A stretch of 64,000 bases of DNA from Octopus sinensis (lineage: Eukaryota). Each line of letters opens with the position of its first letter. Positions within the stretch are counted from its first letter, which is position 1. The DNA is taken from the NCBI RefSeq assembly GCF_006345805.1, contig NC_043008.1, positions 11,284,001 through 11,348,000 of the forward strand, written 5' to 3'. Positions 1-14,137 of this stretch are shown piece by piece. The position numbers and the translations under genes are program-made. The notes below the pieces were generated by a model, which made no database searches, was not told where the DNA came from, and worked only from the letters and a program-made list of their open reading frames with translations.

Positions 1-209
1 GAAGGGCTAAACACAAAGAGGACAAACAAGGGCAGACAAACTGATTAAGTCGATTATATCGGCCCCAGTGCGTAACTGGTACTTATTTAATCGACTCCGA
101 AAGGATGAAAGGCAAAGTCGACCTCGGCGGAATTTGAACTCAGAACGTAGCGGCAGACGAAATACGGCTACGCATTTCGCCCGGCGTGCTAACGTTTCTG
201 CCAGCTCGC
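1..209 (-). mobile_element. tRNA-derived SINE, family A (truncated by window edge)
   Basis: Minus strand reads gcgagctggcagaaacgttagcacgccgggcg...gttctgagttcaaattccgccgaggtcgactttgcctttcatcctttcgg...ctttgtgtttagcccttc, with Pol III A/B-box-like head. The same sequence recurs many times in the window. Resembles published octopus tRNA-SINEs; exact family name not verified. Confidence 0.9.
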
Positions 210-2140
210 AGAAATACCGAAGGACGAAATACCGCTAATCGTCTTGTTCAGCGTGTTAACGCCTCTGCAAGATCGTGTAGTATTCATTAATAATGCAATA
301 TGTATGTCAAATATAATTTCATCAATCTCGCAATTTTCGCCAAAGACAATATAGTTTGGAGAAAGAGAGGAAATATGTTTCCTTGACGAGAATACCTATT
401 TCCTACTTTAGCAAAACTGACATTGTTTTCATTATATCTAATGTCACAGTAAAAGAAATTGAAAATCAAACTCGTTTATATTATTCGATTCTCGGACACA
501 GCAGCTATTTCATTTTCAATACTTGAAAATGAAATAATTGATTCTTCGTTCATTTCGTTGACTACCTTACGTTCGTCTAGAAAAAAGAAATCTTTCCACA
601 TTCTGCTGGTGTCAGTCATTGGATTGCAGCCATGAACGCCTTGAAGATTTTAAGTCGAGCAGATTAACCATAGAGTCACTTTTATCGAACGGCTAAGATG
701 CGGGCACATAAACTAACATCGGTTGTAGAGATATTAGCAAAGACAGTCACACAACGAAACACACACACACACACACACACGCACACACACACATACACAC
801 ACACACATACACTCACTCATGTATATATGGTATATATGATGGGCATCCACACAGTTCCCATATATTAAATGTAGTCACAATAAGTCGTCGCATAGCTTTA
901 ATAGAAGCTACCTGCCCAACGTTCCATTCGTTAGTAAAGTATTTAAACTCTTGGCAAAAGACCAGCTATCTCCGAGAGGACGTAAGCCGATGTCATCGAC
1001 CCTATTGCATCACTAGTAGTTATCCTCTCGACCCTGAAATGATGGAATGCAAAATCCACCGCAGTGAACTCGAACCCGAGAGCACCTGTTTTACAAGTTA
1101 GCTTCTTAACCACATAACCATATCTACGCTTATCCCTGCTTTTATCCCATAAATTTAGAAAAATTATAATTAAATGATCTTGTCTAGGTTGGTAGTCTAA
1201 CCAAGTAGTTTAACGCCATGTCTTTTTCTTGACTGACTTAAATGGTGCATACTGCTGAGAGCATTCTAGGCAGGACTCCTGTCTGGGTCTAACTACCTCG
1301 GGTTTCGAAGAATTGTGGAGCAAAAACAGAGCAAAAGGATAATTTATCTATAAGAAATTTCAGATATGTTTTGTTATTTAGTATACTTGTTTAGTTATTC
1401 GAATTTATCTGCGAATGTTGCAATGCTCAGTATTCTTGCAAAAGGTCATTTCTCAGTAAGAAGTAGCCGGAGATATACAAAATATGATATAAATTCCTGT
1501 AGGTATAACACAGAACAATCAATGTAATGAAATTGTCTTCTTAAATTCAATGGGAGTTTATTATACGCTATTTTGTATTTCCTCGGATATTTTACACGGA
1601 GTTGCTCTCTTTCATGGTAATGGCGAACATAATAACATTTTGAAATTGCAATGGTCATTTCAATCATATTCAAGATAGTTTTATGATATTTACAAACACT
1701 GTAGCATACAAGACAATTAGGTCGTGTTCAATAAACGATTGACGTGATCGAAATTGCTAAAACGATTTTGATTATCGTAAACGAACACTGAAACGAGACG
1801 TTGATAACGACCAATAACATTGTAGCCGTTAATTACTTGGCAGCCGACGTGCATTCATATAATGCGATGTCAGCTTCATACTTTTGCATTTTTTACTGAG
1901 GTGATTGGTGATTTAAACGATAAGAAAATAAAAGAGCGTCACAATAGCTGTCAGCAAGCTGTTCTTTTTTCATTTTATACCTTAAAAGAACGGAAAAGTT
2001 CTTTGGATGAGAACTTACATATTTTCCCTAGCATATCAATGAATTTATCAGGGAATTCATACTTTTAACAAATGAAATCGCTTATGAATATAATGTGAAT
2101 GAATTAATATATATATGTAGATATATATATATATGTAGAT

Positions 2141-2191
<51 letters not shown>

Positions 2192-2261
2192 TATATATAT
2201 ATACATATATATATAAGAAAGTGATATAAAGATTGCAGAATAATTGTTTGATTTGTAAGTA

Positions 2262-2525
2262 CGCTGTCTGATCAATAAATATTCGCACTGTTGCTATAGT
2301 AACGAAACTAAAGCACTCAGAGTAACGCCGCTGGAGAAACATTGACCTCGAATTAAGTTGTGCATGCGCGCTACGTTATAACATAGTAGGTCGCTTCTGC
2401 TGTTTACAGCAGTGCTTAGAAGGAAGGTGTGTAGCGTGTGATCGATGCAGTGACCATGACAGAGAATGTCGGACAGAAAATCTGCATGAAATATTGCCAA
2501 GAGCTTGATGATACCTGCTTAGAAT
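2262..2525 (+). mobile_element. Mariner element 5' end with degenerate transposase N-terminus
   Basis: Starts after TA (ta|cgctgtctgatcaataaatattcgcac). ATG at ~2457 gives MTENVGQKICMKYCQELDDTCLE, matching the mariner N-terminal E-Q-R-I-C-I-K-F-C-x-K-L-G motif. Confidence 0.75.
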
Positions 2526-2527
2526 TC

Positions 2528-2770
2528 AACATAAATTTTCAAAACAGGTTTCATCGTTCTCGACATAATCAACTGAAACCCGGGTGACTTTTTGGTCAGC
2601 TGGAAGCACTTTTGACACAAATGTGGCAGGCATGCGTCACATACCCAAATCTTCAGTGATAATGAACTGAACTGAACTGTAACTGATCTGCACATCTTCT
2701 GATAACTCAGTAACAATGGGATTTTCTTCTGATAACTCGGTAACAATGGAATTTTCTCGGTAACTATGGG
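2528..2770 (-). mobile_element. Mariner transposase internal fragment, inverted relative to adjacent 5' end
   Basis: Minus translation ELSEDVQISYSSVQFIITEDLGM*RMPATFVSKVLPADQKVTRVSV matches the mariner HTH2/linker (…DLGMRRVSAKFVPK…). Includes a ~30-bp tandem duplication at 2695-2755. Confidence 0.8.
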
Positions 2771-4184
2771 AGCTAGAAACAAATACAAATGGCAATTCAA
2801 TCTATGCAGCCGTCTCCTCATGTGTGCCATTTTTCACGCGAATCCACCGAGCCATTTGCCTGTGAACATGAAGGCAAGAAAAAATACAACAATCGCCCAT
2901 GTCCAATTTATATTATAGATATACACGAGAGACATCGACGTAGTTTCTGTCTCCTAAATTCATTTCATGAAGCATTGGTTTCTTCGGGCTATACTAGAAA
3001 ACAGCAGCTCAAGTTACTGCTCAGGGAGATTGAAGCCTAAACCACGTGACTGAAAAGCGAGTCTCTTAACCAGGCAGCCATAGCATTTTTAATCGAAATG
3101 ATACGTAATATCATATCTAACAGGAAAGTGCTTTTAGATGATACATCACATACTTTTAATATAGAATATGAAAGTAGACTCTCTTTCAAAATCTTTCAAT
3201 AATTTTCTTTTTAATATTAAAGTAGTTAGCTATAATTCTACAAATATGATAATATTTCTTTTGGAGTTGTGTCATAAAGAAAGCGTGAACTGAGTGTGAT
3301 TCACCGGCGTTTTGAACTGTGATAAGTTAGCACGTCAAGACATGTCTTGATAGAAGTTCAGTTCAGGATTTTCTCTGAAATAAATCCTCAGTATATATGA
3401 GTTTGAAAAATATGTTTTCATTAAAAAAAAATTAGCCATTTCAATTTTGAAATTATGTAGATGCTAGCTAAAGTTTCAGTAAATATGCATATTGGAGACA
3501 TCCAAGATATCCAAGTAATACATCATCTTCATTGAGGCAGCAACTTTAGACATAGACTAGGACCTGAGTGAAACAGGGAATTCAATTGGTGCCCGACTGC
3601 TTCGTGGATGATCATTTAACCGAGTATAGTATAGGGTTTCGGGCAAGCTTCTTTAATGTCCTGTCAACACTTCTACTGTTCCTACTTCGTATCTAGATTG
3701 CTAAGGATAGGCATGATATAGTCCTGTTTTATGCATAATATCGTTATAATTATATAAATATATTTCAATTCACAGAGATATATCATAGAAACTAAGACAA
3801 TATACTTGTAAACATGAAATGTGCGTTCATTCAACATCATTTTTGACATTGGTGATAGAAACTTATGACCCGGAAACTAAATTCATTTCTTTTGAAAATC
3901 AACTAGTGTTTTTATGTATTATTTTATTCTTGCTGATAACACAGTTCGGAATATTTCTTTCGGCTATAGACGCAAGGCCAGAAATTTTGAGGTAGTCGGG
4001 GTTAGTCGATTACATTGATTTCAGTGTCTGATAGGTTCTTATTATAGGTACTAAGGATGAAAGGCAAAATCGACCAGAGCTGAAGTGAAAAATATGCAAC
4101 GCTTTACGGATAATCTGTGTATCGTTCCAATTTGAGAAAATATATTGCCGTCGCTAGTACTCATAGTTCGGAAATATTGGTTTC

Positions 4185-4380
4185 AAATTTTGGCACAAAG
4201 CCAGCAATTTCGGGGTAGGGGATAAGTCGATTACAACGACCCTAGTGCTCATTTGGCACTTAATTTATCGACCCCTAAAGAATGAAAACAATCTCGGCCT
4301 CCGGTGTAATTTGAACGTATAACATACAGAGGGACGGAATGATGCTAAACCTGCCAACGATTCTGTCCGCTCGCCACCAT
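4185..4380 (-). mobile_element. Degenerate family A SINE (variant tail)
   Basis: gtcgattacaacgaccctagtgctc...ttatcgacccc body and tail ttggtttcaaattttggcacaaag; the same tail occurs at 3980 and 26150. Confidence 0.75.
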
Positions 4381-5699
4381 ATCACTTCAGAAATATTAAA
4401 TTAAGAAAAGCGATGTGGTTTAAATGATAAAAACTTATGAGAAATTCTTTCCTGCAGCGATTCAGGATAAAATTCTTGTTAACTCAACTCGTTAGTCGTG
4501 AGTTTTATTTTGGCTGCAGGAGTGTAATTGAATTTAAATGTTTACACTTTACCGTATTATAGCATATTATCCTTATTATCAGAATCTAAATTGCTTATAT
4601 ATAGCAGCAGAGTGAATGAGAGTGAGATAGGATTACGAGTCAGCAAAACGATAACGAGTTTTGCTTTTCTAAATAATAAATTGATAACAATATTGAAGTT
4701 GATATCGTAATATCAATATTTCCTGTAATTAAACCTGAAACCAAATTAATTTTCTAGCAAGGTAAAATATTTTAAATGCCTTAGTGAGATTGACAGATTA
4801 TCTGAATACTAATCTGAAGGTGTAACATTTTAAAATGAAATTACATTCTCTCATAAATCATTATTGTCTTTTAGAGACGAACTTTGCGTAACGTACTGAG
4901 AAATGAACGATTTGTTAATGAAGAATACCGTCTACAAGAAATTGTGTGAAAATAAAATGACGATGTGTTGTTGCGTCTCATGCATAATACTTATAAAAAA
5001 ATATTCACTCCAAAATGAATTCTGCCAATGCTATTTTTATTAATAAGTTTCAATTTCGTATATTTCTCCAAAATTCTTTCAAATAGGTAACTGAGTACAA
5101 TAATGTACAGACCCAATATATTTATCTTTAAAATGCACTATTTCTGTAATACTCTATCAGTCTATCGACCAAATTACTGGCTGTGGTTGTATAACGTTGA
5201 TCACAATTTGCTTCCGCGCGTTGTTGTGGATTTCAAATGATGACACACAGTTCTGTAGGCGGGCAGGACAAATTTTCTATAAATATTTTCTATAAATATT
5301 TCTCTTGTTACATATTTTACATAAACTTCTACGCGAGGTAACTGTAGTATTAATATTAATAAGAGAAGGAATATTAACTAAGAACACGTGTTTCGGTATT
5401 TTGGTTATATGCAAGGAAAATTCTTTTAAATGATTTGTGTCTCCTCTATTTAAAATTCTGCCCCATCCCGTCAAAAAATATAAACTTAAACAAAATTTAA
5501 GCATTGATTGAAACAAAAAAGCTCAAAAGAGCTGTGAAGAGAGTTCAGGTTAAACCTGAAGTTTTGCTTCAGGAACGGAAAAAATAAATCAACAAAATGA
5601 AAGCGTTGCTATACAGGTTAAAAGAAATCTTAATATTTTAGTTTAATTTCAATGCTGCTTTGAAATCTTGGCAAAACCCAGTGATTTCAGGTGAAGATT

Positions 5700-5870
5700 T
5701 AATTTGATTATACCGTTCCCAGCACTCGACTGGTGTTTAATTTATCGATACTGAAATGACGAAAGGTAAAGTCGACCTGGGCGGAATTTGAACCCAAAAC
5801 GCAGAGACGGGACGAATTGCCGCTAAGCATTTTTTCCGCGCGCTAAATATTCCACTAGCACACTGCCTTT
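5700..5870 (-). mobile_element. Degenerate family A SINE
   Basis: aatttatcgatactgaaatgacgaaaggtaaagtcgacctgggcggaatttgaacc...gccgctaagcat matches family A. Confidence 0.8.
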
Positions 5871-6877
5871 AATTTACCTCCAATATTGAAAAAAAGAAGA
5901 AAAAAACGAAAAGTGTCTGGTAGCCAAATTGATGTCTCTTACGTGGATAATCGATTATCAATTATGACTGTTTTTTCTGAAGCCGTAAATATGGAAATAG
6001 AAAACAAAAACGATAATAAAAAATCAGTCTCAATGTTTGTCCTAATCAAGATGAGCAACCATTTAGAATCACCCTTATTAGATCGTTATAAGAATTAATA
6101 TCATTTAGTGCTTCTCAAAGATATTCCATCCAAAGCTGTTTAACGATGCTTACCGAAACACACCTTTGCGCACCTGACCTAAATAATGGACTACATAAAT
6201 TCAGGTATTAAATGAAGCATAAAATATAGAAAAGAGGATGACACGTTATCACTTTGTGCAATTATGTATTGATAGAAACCTTTAATGTTAACAGCATGTT
6301 CTTTCTGAATATGTGTGCGCGTACAATTACCTCATTTATGAATATGTTTAATATATTCTCGTATACGAAATGTAAAATGTACAAAATCATTGGACATATT
6401 ATTTTTAAAGAAATTCTAATTCATATTCAAAACTATATGAATAATTTGTTAACAAGTTCTTGAATTTAATTTCAGTTTTAATTAACTTAGCGTGATGCAA
6501 ATTAACATTCATTAGATCCGTTTTAGAACTGGAAACTACAGGTTGAACAGATACTGTCCAAAAACAATTACTTGTACGATAGATTTTAAAGCTGAACTGC
6601 CCCGAAGTGTTTCTGGATTAAAATTAAGTAAACACCACAGTGCAATTAGCAAATGTCTTAAAACATGGACAACAAAATATAATTTAATATAGAGCAAAAA
6701 GGATGTATGTTGTTCACATCTGAGCACGGAATAAATATTAAACTTAATGGATAAAACATAAACCACGTCATTTTTAACAGCAAAAAACATACTTACAACG
6801 TATGAATTCTTATGATGGCGCCAACATTTTATCTCACGACGTGCATGCATTCCCAGGATTTGAAAATACACAAGTTT

Positions 6878-6936
<59 letters not shown>

Positions 6937-6941
6937 ATATG

Positions 6942-6974
<33 letters not shown>

Positions 6975-6981
6975 GTATATA

Positions 6982-7026
<45 letters not shown>

Positions 7027-8077
7027 TATGTGTGTATTTATATATTCATGCATGTATGTATGTATAGATAGTTAGATAGATAGATATATAACATTTACCG
7101 CTTCGTTGACCAGTCTGTCAGATATCGTTATACAGATAAGACGAATTAAGGTTATTTCTTCGAAAATCAGAATGGAAATCTAGAAAGAAGTTTGGGTCTC
7201 CTTACTTTGATGTTTTATATAAACCCACGCATAAAGAGGGGAAATATCAGTAATTCCAATCCTATGTGTGCATCCGCTTATAAATCACATACTTTCTTTT
7301 TAAACCCTTTATTATATAGACAAAAACAGCAATAGAAAACATCGAAACAAAGACGTATCACTGTTTGGTCTTCTAAGCCTTAAACAAAGATAACAAAATG
7401 GCTTACTTCGGGATACTTAATATGATTTGCCATTAAATCATGAAAACTGCAATTGAAGCTGAAATACGTAGCAGCAATTACTTCTACTAAACGAACTTAG
7501 TATTATCCGAAAGGCCACAATCTCTCTTTAATTGAATCGTTTCTATTCATCTAATGCACATCTCTAAAATTGATGTTGGCCATCTTAGCAACATCATTCT
7601 TCATAGAACGCTTTCTTTAGCAGTCATGTACAACGTAATCACTGGAAAAAACATTCCGGGTCTTATCAACTGAGTAAAAATCTATTCCCCAGAAACAACT
7701 CACTAAAAGGAATTCAAACTGATTCTGCTATTACTATTTTTCAATTAACTCTCGAGTATTTCACAAAGTTATTGTGTCTCCCAACTCAGTCATCGTGACC
7801 AGTTCAGTATGAAATAATCTAAGTATAAAAAATAAATATTTTAACTTTGGACTGTTCTCTCTGCATTACAAACACTTCTCAAACATCTGTCAGCACAAAA
7901 GTACCAGTGACTCTGCAGAGATAACATCCTTTGTCACATTACCTACTTAAACTAATATTACTTACGGTTATAGGCGGAATATGCTATGACAACAGTTATT
8001 TCACATTATCTAAGCAAAAATAAACTCGGTGAATAGGAACAAGATATTTGTTTAGAAAATACAGTACTTCAATGGGC

Positions 8078-8250
8078 GTCGAAGCTTACAGATATATTGT
8101 TAATTTCTTGGATGCTACATTGAAATCTCATATATATTTTCCATTTCATAAGTTATGAGGTTCCTCAAATTTTCAATTATCTAATATTTCTGCTAATACA
8201 GACATTTTTAGAGATCTTCCACAGTATTTTAATAAGAGCATAACTGGTTG
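8078..8250 (+). pseudogene. Penelope-like retroelement reverse transcriptase fossil (thumb region)
   Basis: Frame VEAYRYIVNFLDATLKSHIYFPFHKL*...QLSNISANTDIFRDLPQYFNKSI resembles the PLE RT motif IEANxxIVNFLDVTL...PYxKP...RISxLSSxxxIFxxxxxYYNxAL, with a deletion and a stop. Recalled motif, not searched. Confidence 0.5.
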
Positions 8251-9481
8251 TACGTTTCCAAAAAGGGAGAAATAGAAAAATGGAAAACCATACAAATAAT
8301 TTTATAATCTTTCATTGGATTAAACAGCGTCACTCTCTAGCAAAATAATGTTCTCTCCAGGACCAGAACTAATATGTCTGAAATAGAATCTCTGTAACTT
8401 TTAATTACAGCAGCCATGGCAGATAATATTGTAATTTGTAATATTTGCCAATTAAAAGGGAAAAAAAAAATGAACTTATCTTTTAGCAATGAAATACCCG
8501 TATTCAATGTCAGCCTCATTCTAATTATTTAACCATATATATCAGTTATATTACAGCTAAGACACCCATAATACACACAGAGACAGAGACGGACACACAC
8601 ACAGCACAAACACAAACAAACGCTACGCACACACCACACACATGCACACGCACATACAAACAGACACACATAATTCTCTCATCGAATTCATTCCAAGCAG
8701 GATTTTTTCTTTACAACAATTCTTTAAAAATCTCAATACAGCTTTCTATTCCAATTAACTAGTATTACGTAAACATGCTTCCCCTCATGCCTTGTAATGC
8801 CTTGATAGAATACATTACAAATTACATACCGAGGAAAACAAAACGGACGTATTTTTCTAAAGTGTCTTTATTAAATAAAGACTGACGAAACTGCTACACT
8901 ATACAATGGTTTTCTCTATTCTTTAATTAGGTTCCTTATTCTTACGCCATTGATTTGATATGATTAATGGGGTGCCTTTGAATGGGCCTATCTACCCGCA
9001 TCTCTCATTACTTAACTTTATAGCCATCGTTAATGAAATTTGTGGGAGTGTGGACAAATTACACGATTCACTTCAACCTTTGCAGCCTGATGTTGTTACT
9101 TCTGTTGTTGCTCTTGGAGTTGTATCTGCTGTTGTTGTTGTACTTTCAGTTGTTGTCGGTGTTGTTGTTGTTGCTAACCTTTGTAAGTTTGTTAACTCCT
9201 CGTGATTTTCTCATTTTTTGTCAGTTGTTAAAATCTTCGTCGAGTTTATTTATTCCTCCTGAGTTGTTTAAATTCTCGTCGCCTCTGTTAAAATTATTAT
9301 TAATGTTGAATTGTTATAAAGCCCACTTCGGTGTACAGTTCACTTAGTAAAACCAGTAACTATACGACAATCTCTGACCGCTTAGTAAGTACTCTGTTAC
9401 TTCACGTACTTATGTTTAATTATAATGAATAGGTTATTCTATTCCTCACGTGGGAGGGGTGTACTATTATTAATAATTCAC

Positions 9482-9518
<37 letters not shown>

Positions 9519-9522
<4 letters not shown>

Positions 9523-9725
9523 ATCCAAACATGAAAACACAAAGAGAAAACACAACAACGCGAGGACGTGGAACAAATATAGTATTACTGGACGCTCAGG
9601 AAGGAAGGGAAGAAGGAGGGTTTAACGTTTCAAGCGGAGCTCTTCGTCGGAAACATAGGAGAAGGAAAGATCCAGATAAGGGAAGACAGAGGACAAAAAA
9701 TCGCCAAAGGTACACACGCGGTCAA
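9519..9725 (-). mobile_element. (TA)n-abutting Penelope-type terminus with minimal hammerhead-like motif
   Basis: Minus 9654-9620: GTTT CCGACGA A GAGC-TCC-GCTT GAAA CGT T AAAC (stem I GTTT/AAAC, stem II, palindromic ACGT). The 3' end runs into (TA)n at 9485-9518. Confidence 0.55.
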
Positions 9726-10366
9726 TTTTAATAAGAATTATCTCTCCTACAATGTATCTCTCAATGTTGGATTATGCGATTACTGGTAGTCACGTTTAAT
9801 TGATGGAGAGAAAATTACCATACAGATAAGTCAACATTTTTTTTACTAACATTTCTTTTTCCTAATTTTATTCCACATTTCTGTTCATTATTTACTAAAG
9901 TAAAATTATTCCAACAACTTCTAGTTATATAATTTTAGTTTGTCATGTCTTTATATAGGATGTAAATAGCAAGATAAGTTCATATAAGATAGACCTGAAG
10001 ATTGGCAATATAATCGTTTTAATATGCTATTGTATAGAGACATTCTATTTCAGCAATATCGAGGAATAAGTTGTAATGAAACGCGTGTAGTTTAGATAAT
10101 GTAAAGTATATGATTTGTATTAAGAATTGAAGGTATTAATTTTGATAATTTGGAATAAGAATTGTAGGTATTAATTTTGATAATTTTAATATTTAGTCCT
10201 ATATGGAGATATTGTGGATAATGTCTTTCAATGATGATCGAGTTGCTGGAGGGTGATTCTGTCTCTTAAACCTATCCATTTATATGTATGTATGTATATA
10301 TACATATATATGTGTGTGTGAGTGTATGGAAATGGACGCGTCGCGTTCAATTAAATAATAATCATA

Positions 10367-10587
10367 GTAAACATAGAGAAAGGGTCTTTCATCAGTTGTC
10401 GGCTGAGTACCAACTCCAAATTTGAATGCTCCTAATGAGGAGTAGACAGAGAGAAGACAACTGAAGAAGGATCCTTTCTTTGTGTTTACTTGTCCCGTTT
10501 CCCATTTTTTCTTTCGTTTTTTTACGTATTTAACTCGTTTGTTTACGCACTTCATGGTGTTTGCACCATTGGTGACGTCCTCTACCT
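10367..10587. mobile_element. (TA)n-abutting fold-back element
   Basis: Imperfect inverted arms at 10367-10400 and 10456-10488, each containing CTGA(T/A)GA. Right end abuts (TA)n at 10588. Confidence 0.5.
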
Positions 10588-11240
10588 ATATATATATATA
10601 TATATATACCTGATGTGCGTGTATACACAAAGAATATACGCTAATGTGCATAAATATATATGCGTTCCCAAGATGTATAGTTTTATGTACACTTATGTAT
10701 TAATACATATCTACATATTTTTACACTGCCACATATATGTTTGCATGTATGTTTTTGTATATCCTTTAATATTTCATTGTGTATGCATGTTTATGTCTCT
10801 CTGTATTTCACAATACGCTTACGTGAGAATATATCAGTGTGTGCATAAGTTGAATGGTATGTGAGATGTTTTGAATTAAAAAGTTAATTTCATAAATCAG
10901 TTTCAAAACTTTCTTAAAAGCCTTCTCACGATTTTCACATCAGTTCTCTCCCCAAATCCCCTAATCCTTTTAATCATCTCCTTCCTTTTATTTGTTAAAG
11001 ATTTCTAGAAACTTCCGTTGTTCAACATGAATATGAGGTCCAATGTTTTTCATAATTTTCTAATTAATTATTTACATTAAAATGCCTACTTTATTTTAAT
11101 TTATTCCATTATTACATATCCATAATCTCTCTCTATATGTATATTATATATATATATATATATTTATATATATAGAGGGATACGTATTATATATATATAT
11201 ATAATATATATATATATATAGATATATATATACATATACA

Positions 11241-11274
<34 letters not shown>

Positions 11275-11562
11275 TATATATATATATATATATATAGATA
11301 TAGATACATACATATCCTTTCATACATATATAAATATAAGTATATACATATGTATGTACGTGTAAATATATGTATATATACATATGTTTGTGTATATGTA
11401 AACGTATACACATATATAAATTAGATATATAAATATATTCATATTTATATATTCATATTCATACATGTTTATATATATTATGTACATATATGGAGAGTGT
11501 ATGGATATACAGTAACGGAATATATTAAAATAAAATAGGCATTTAGGCATATACATACGTAC

Positions 11563-11609
<47 letters not shown>

Positions 11610-14005
11610 TTACATATATATATACAGTGATATCTATGCCCATTCATATATAAGCACGCGTATGCACATGTGCGTGTGTGTGTGAGAGTGTGTGTATATG
11701 TATAAATATAATTATTTGCAGAACCATTTCAGAGAACTGTTCTTTTATAATATCAACTCTTCTTCCTCTATTTCTATGAGAATCCATTGAGACGAAGAGC
11801 GATGCATTTTCAAAACAATAACGGTTTCCGTAATCAGCATATTAATTTGCGCTCCTTTCAGAAAGGAGATCAATATTAAGGAAAAATCCCTTTGAAATTA
11901 AGAGATATTTACTTTTATATTTATATATAAAATGCACGAAATATCTATGAATGTTGTATCGCCTATTAAATAAAATATTCGAATTTTTTCCCCTCCTTTC
12001 TACGTTCTATTATGAATTGAAATGCGGAATGGTGTAATCGATTATAAGTTTCTAGTAATTTATGTCAAATATTTTTTCATGCGAAATGATTAGCATGCTT
12101 ATTGAGTATGTTTGAAATTCGGAAGTAAACCTTTAGAAAGATCCTACTCTACCAAAAATAAACTGAGTAAGGAATTATAAATATTTTATAATATCGTGCT
12201 TTAACAAATATAACTTACAAAAGATTTCAAAACATATTTCCGATATGGTAAACACAATTTTCCAAATTTATATTTATATGTTATTTTTATATTTTATTTT
12301 TAGGCTTAAGTTATATTATATAGGATTATTTCTGAATCTCATATTTTCTATTAATGAAGAATATTCTAAGGCAGATTCACTGAACTACTTTGTGAATTGC
12401 CAGCTTGATATATTTTAGTTATATCTTTCTATTGTTACGTAAGTCGGCCATCTGGCGTAGATATGGTTGCAATGTCTGTTGCATTATTGAGCTGCAGCAA
12501 CTCGTGGTGAGTAAGCAATGCACGGACAACAAGCATAATGCATCCTGGTCTGTGTTGCTAATTCGAGATATCTGAATGTCAATCGGTTGAAATAGTTTAA
12601 AAGTACATAACTTGTATGAAACCAATATCAAATATCAGACCTGTATAGGGTCGATCTCTGTGTCTATGTATTCGGTGATGAGAGTGTATATTCGCTATTT
12701 GTCGATAAAGATTCAACATACGATCAACTGAAGAAGGTGCTCATGTACGTGGAAGTAGCTGAAAGCCCACCACCCCAACACAAACCTCACACAATCAACG
12801 TAGTGTTTTGTGTGGTGAATATCTTTTTGTTGATTTACGGGTAAAATCCACCCGACTTGTATCTATAGACTTTCCACCTGGCTAGTTCCACTCAAAATTC
12901 ATTGGTCAAACTGTGGTGACAGAAAAAGTACATTACCCAGGTTGCCATCAGTTTCTGGAATGGAGCGAACCCAACAACTTGTAGTTGCGAAGAGAAATTC
13001 TTAACTATTCAGCTTATATACTTACCCACCCACACATACATAAATAGATTGCAAGATGATTATACATACCTGGACACACACACACACACACACCACACAC
13101 ACACACACGCACAAGAACATATATATATAATGTGTGAAAGTATGTATATATACTATATAATACGTATGTGTATGTGTGTATGCATATGTAAGCAAATTTC
13201 CATGAAATGATATTATGTAAGTTATTTTCGACATCTGATCCAATTTATTTATAATTATGCACAAATCATTACTTATTAAAAAGAACATTTATCTATGTAG
13301 CATAGTGCAAACTGGAGATTAAAAAAAATCACCCACAATTATATATATTTAGAACATCATCTACATAATAATTACATATGAAAGTTCTTTAATGCATACT
13401 TCGTTTATATGTTTTTCCTGTAATCTAGTTAATGTTTTTATATAAAATATACTTAGTGCGTATACATTAAATTGGTTATAATTACTATGTGAATAAACAG
13501 TTCGTTTTCGTTCCATGTTTGCGCTAATTTGAATGTTGATCAAATGCTTACATATTCCGAAGTATGATCTTTAATCAAGTCAGCCATTTTAATTCATTTA
13601 TATTCCGTCCTAATCTACCCATAAAAGCAAAGAAAGTAGAAATCATTATATATTTCAGTAGTGTATCCATCCGTTCATCGGAGATATGTTATCCAACGTT
13701 GATGAACATGCTTACATGTTCTTAAGCATAATTGCAAGCCGACTTAATAATCATTTATATACAGAATCATTCAACATTTCTGTTATCACGTTTCTCTGAA
13801 AAAACATATTTTCCCTCCTCCTCTCTCATTTTCAAGTGGTCATTTTAATATCCTCAGATTCCTATTAAATTTCTTAAAATACATCTACTTTTCTTGCAGA
13901 TCATCAACGACAAATCTAACCTTGCCATATTCTTTGCTGTTTTCTGCAAGTATAACAATCATTCCTATCTGTATAAGATATGAAGAAAGAAACTTCAACA
14001 ACCAC

Positions 14006-14076
14006 AGAAGAAGAAGAAAAAGAAGAAGAAAAAGAAGAAGAAGAAGAAGAAGAAGAAGAAGAAGAAGAAGAAGAAG

Positions 14077-14134
<58 letters not shown>
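14006..14134 (+). repeat. Compound (AAG)n(AAC)n microsatellite
   Basis: Directly visible; explains the poly-R/poly-T ORF at 13922-14161. Confidence 0.95.

Positions 14135-14137
<3 letters not shown>

Noticed and set aside
12726-12765. CTGAAGA with a small stem
   Set aside because: GGAA instead of GAAA and no stem I or III.
13900-13983. Strong acceptor ttttcttgcag followed by a short frame IINDKSNLAIFF...
   Set aside because: No good donor and no recognisable protein.
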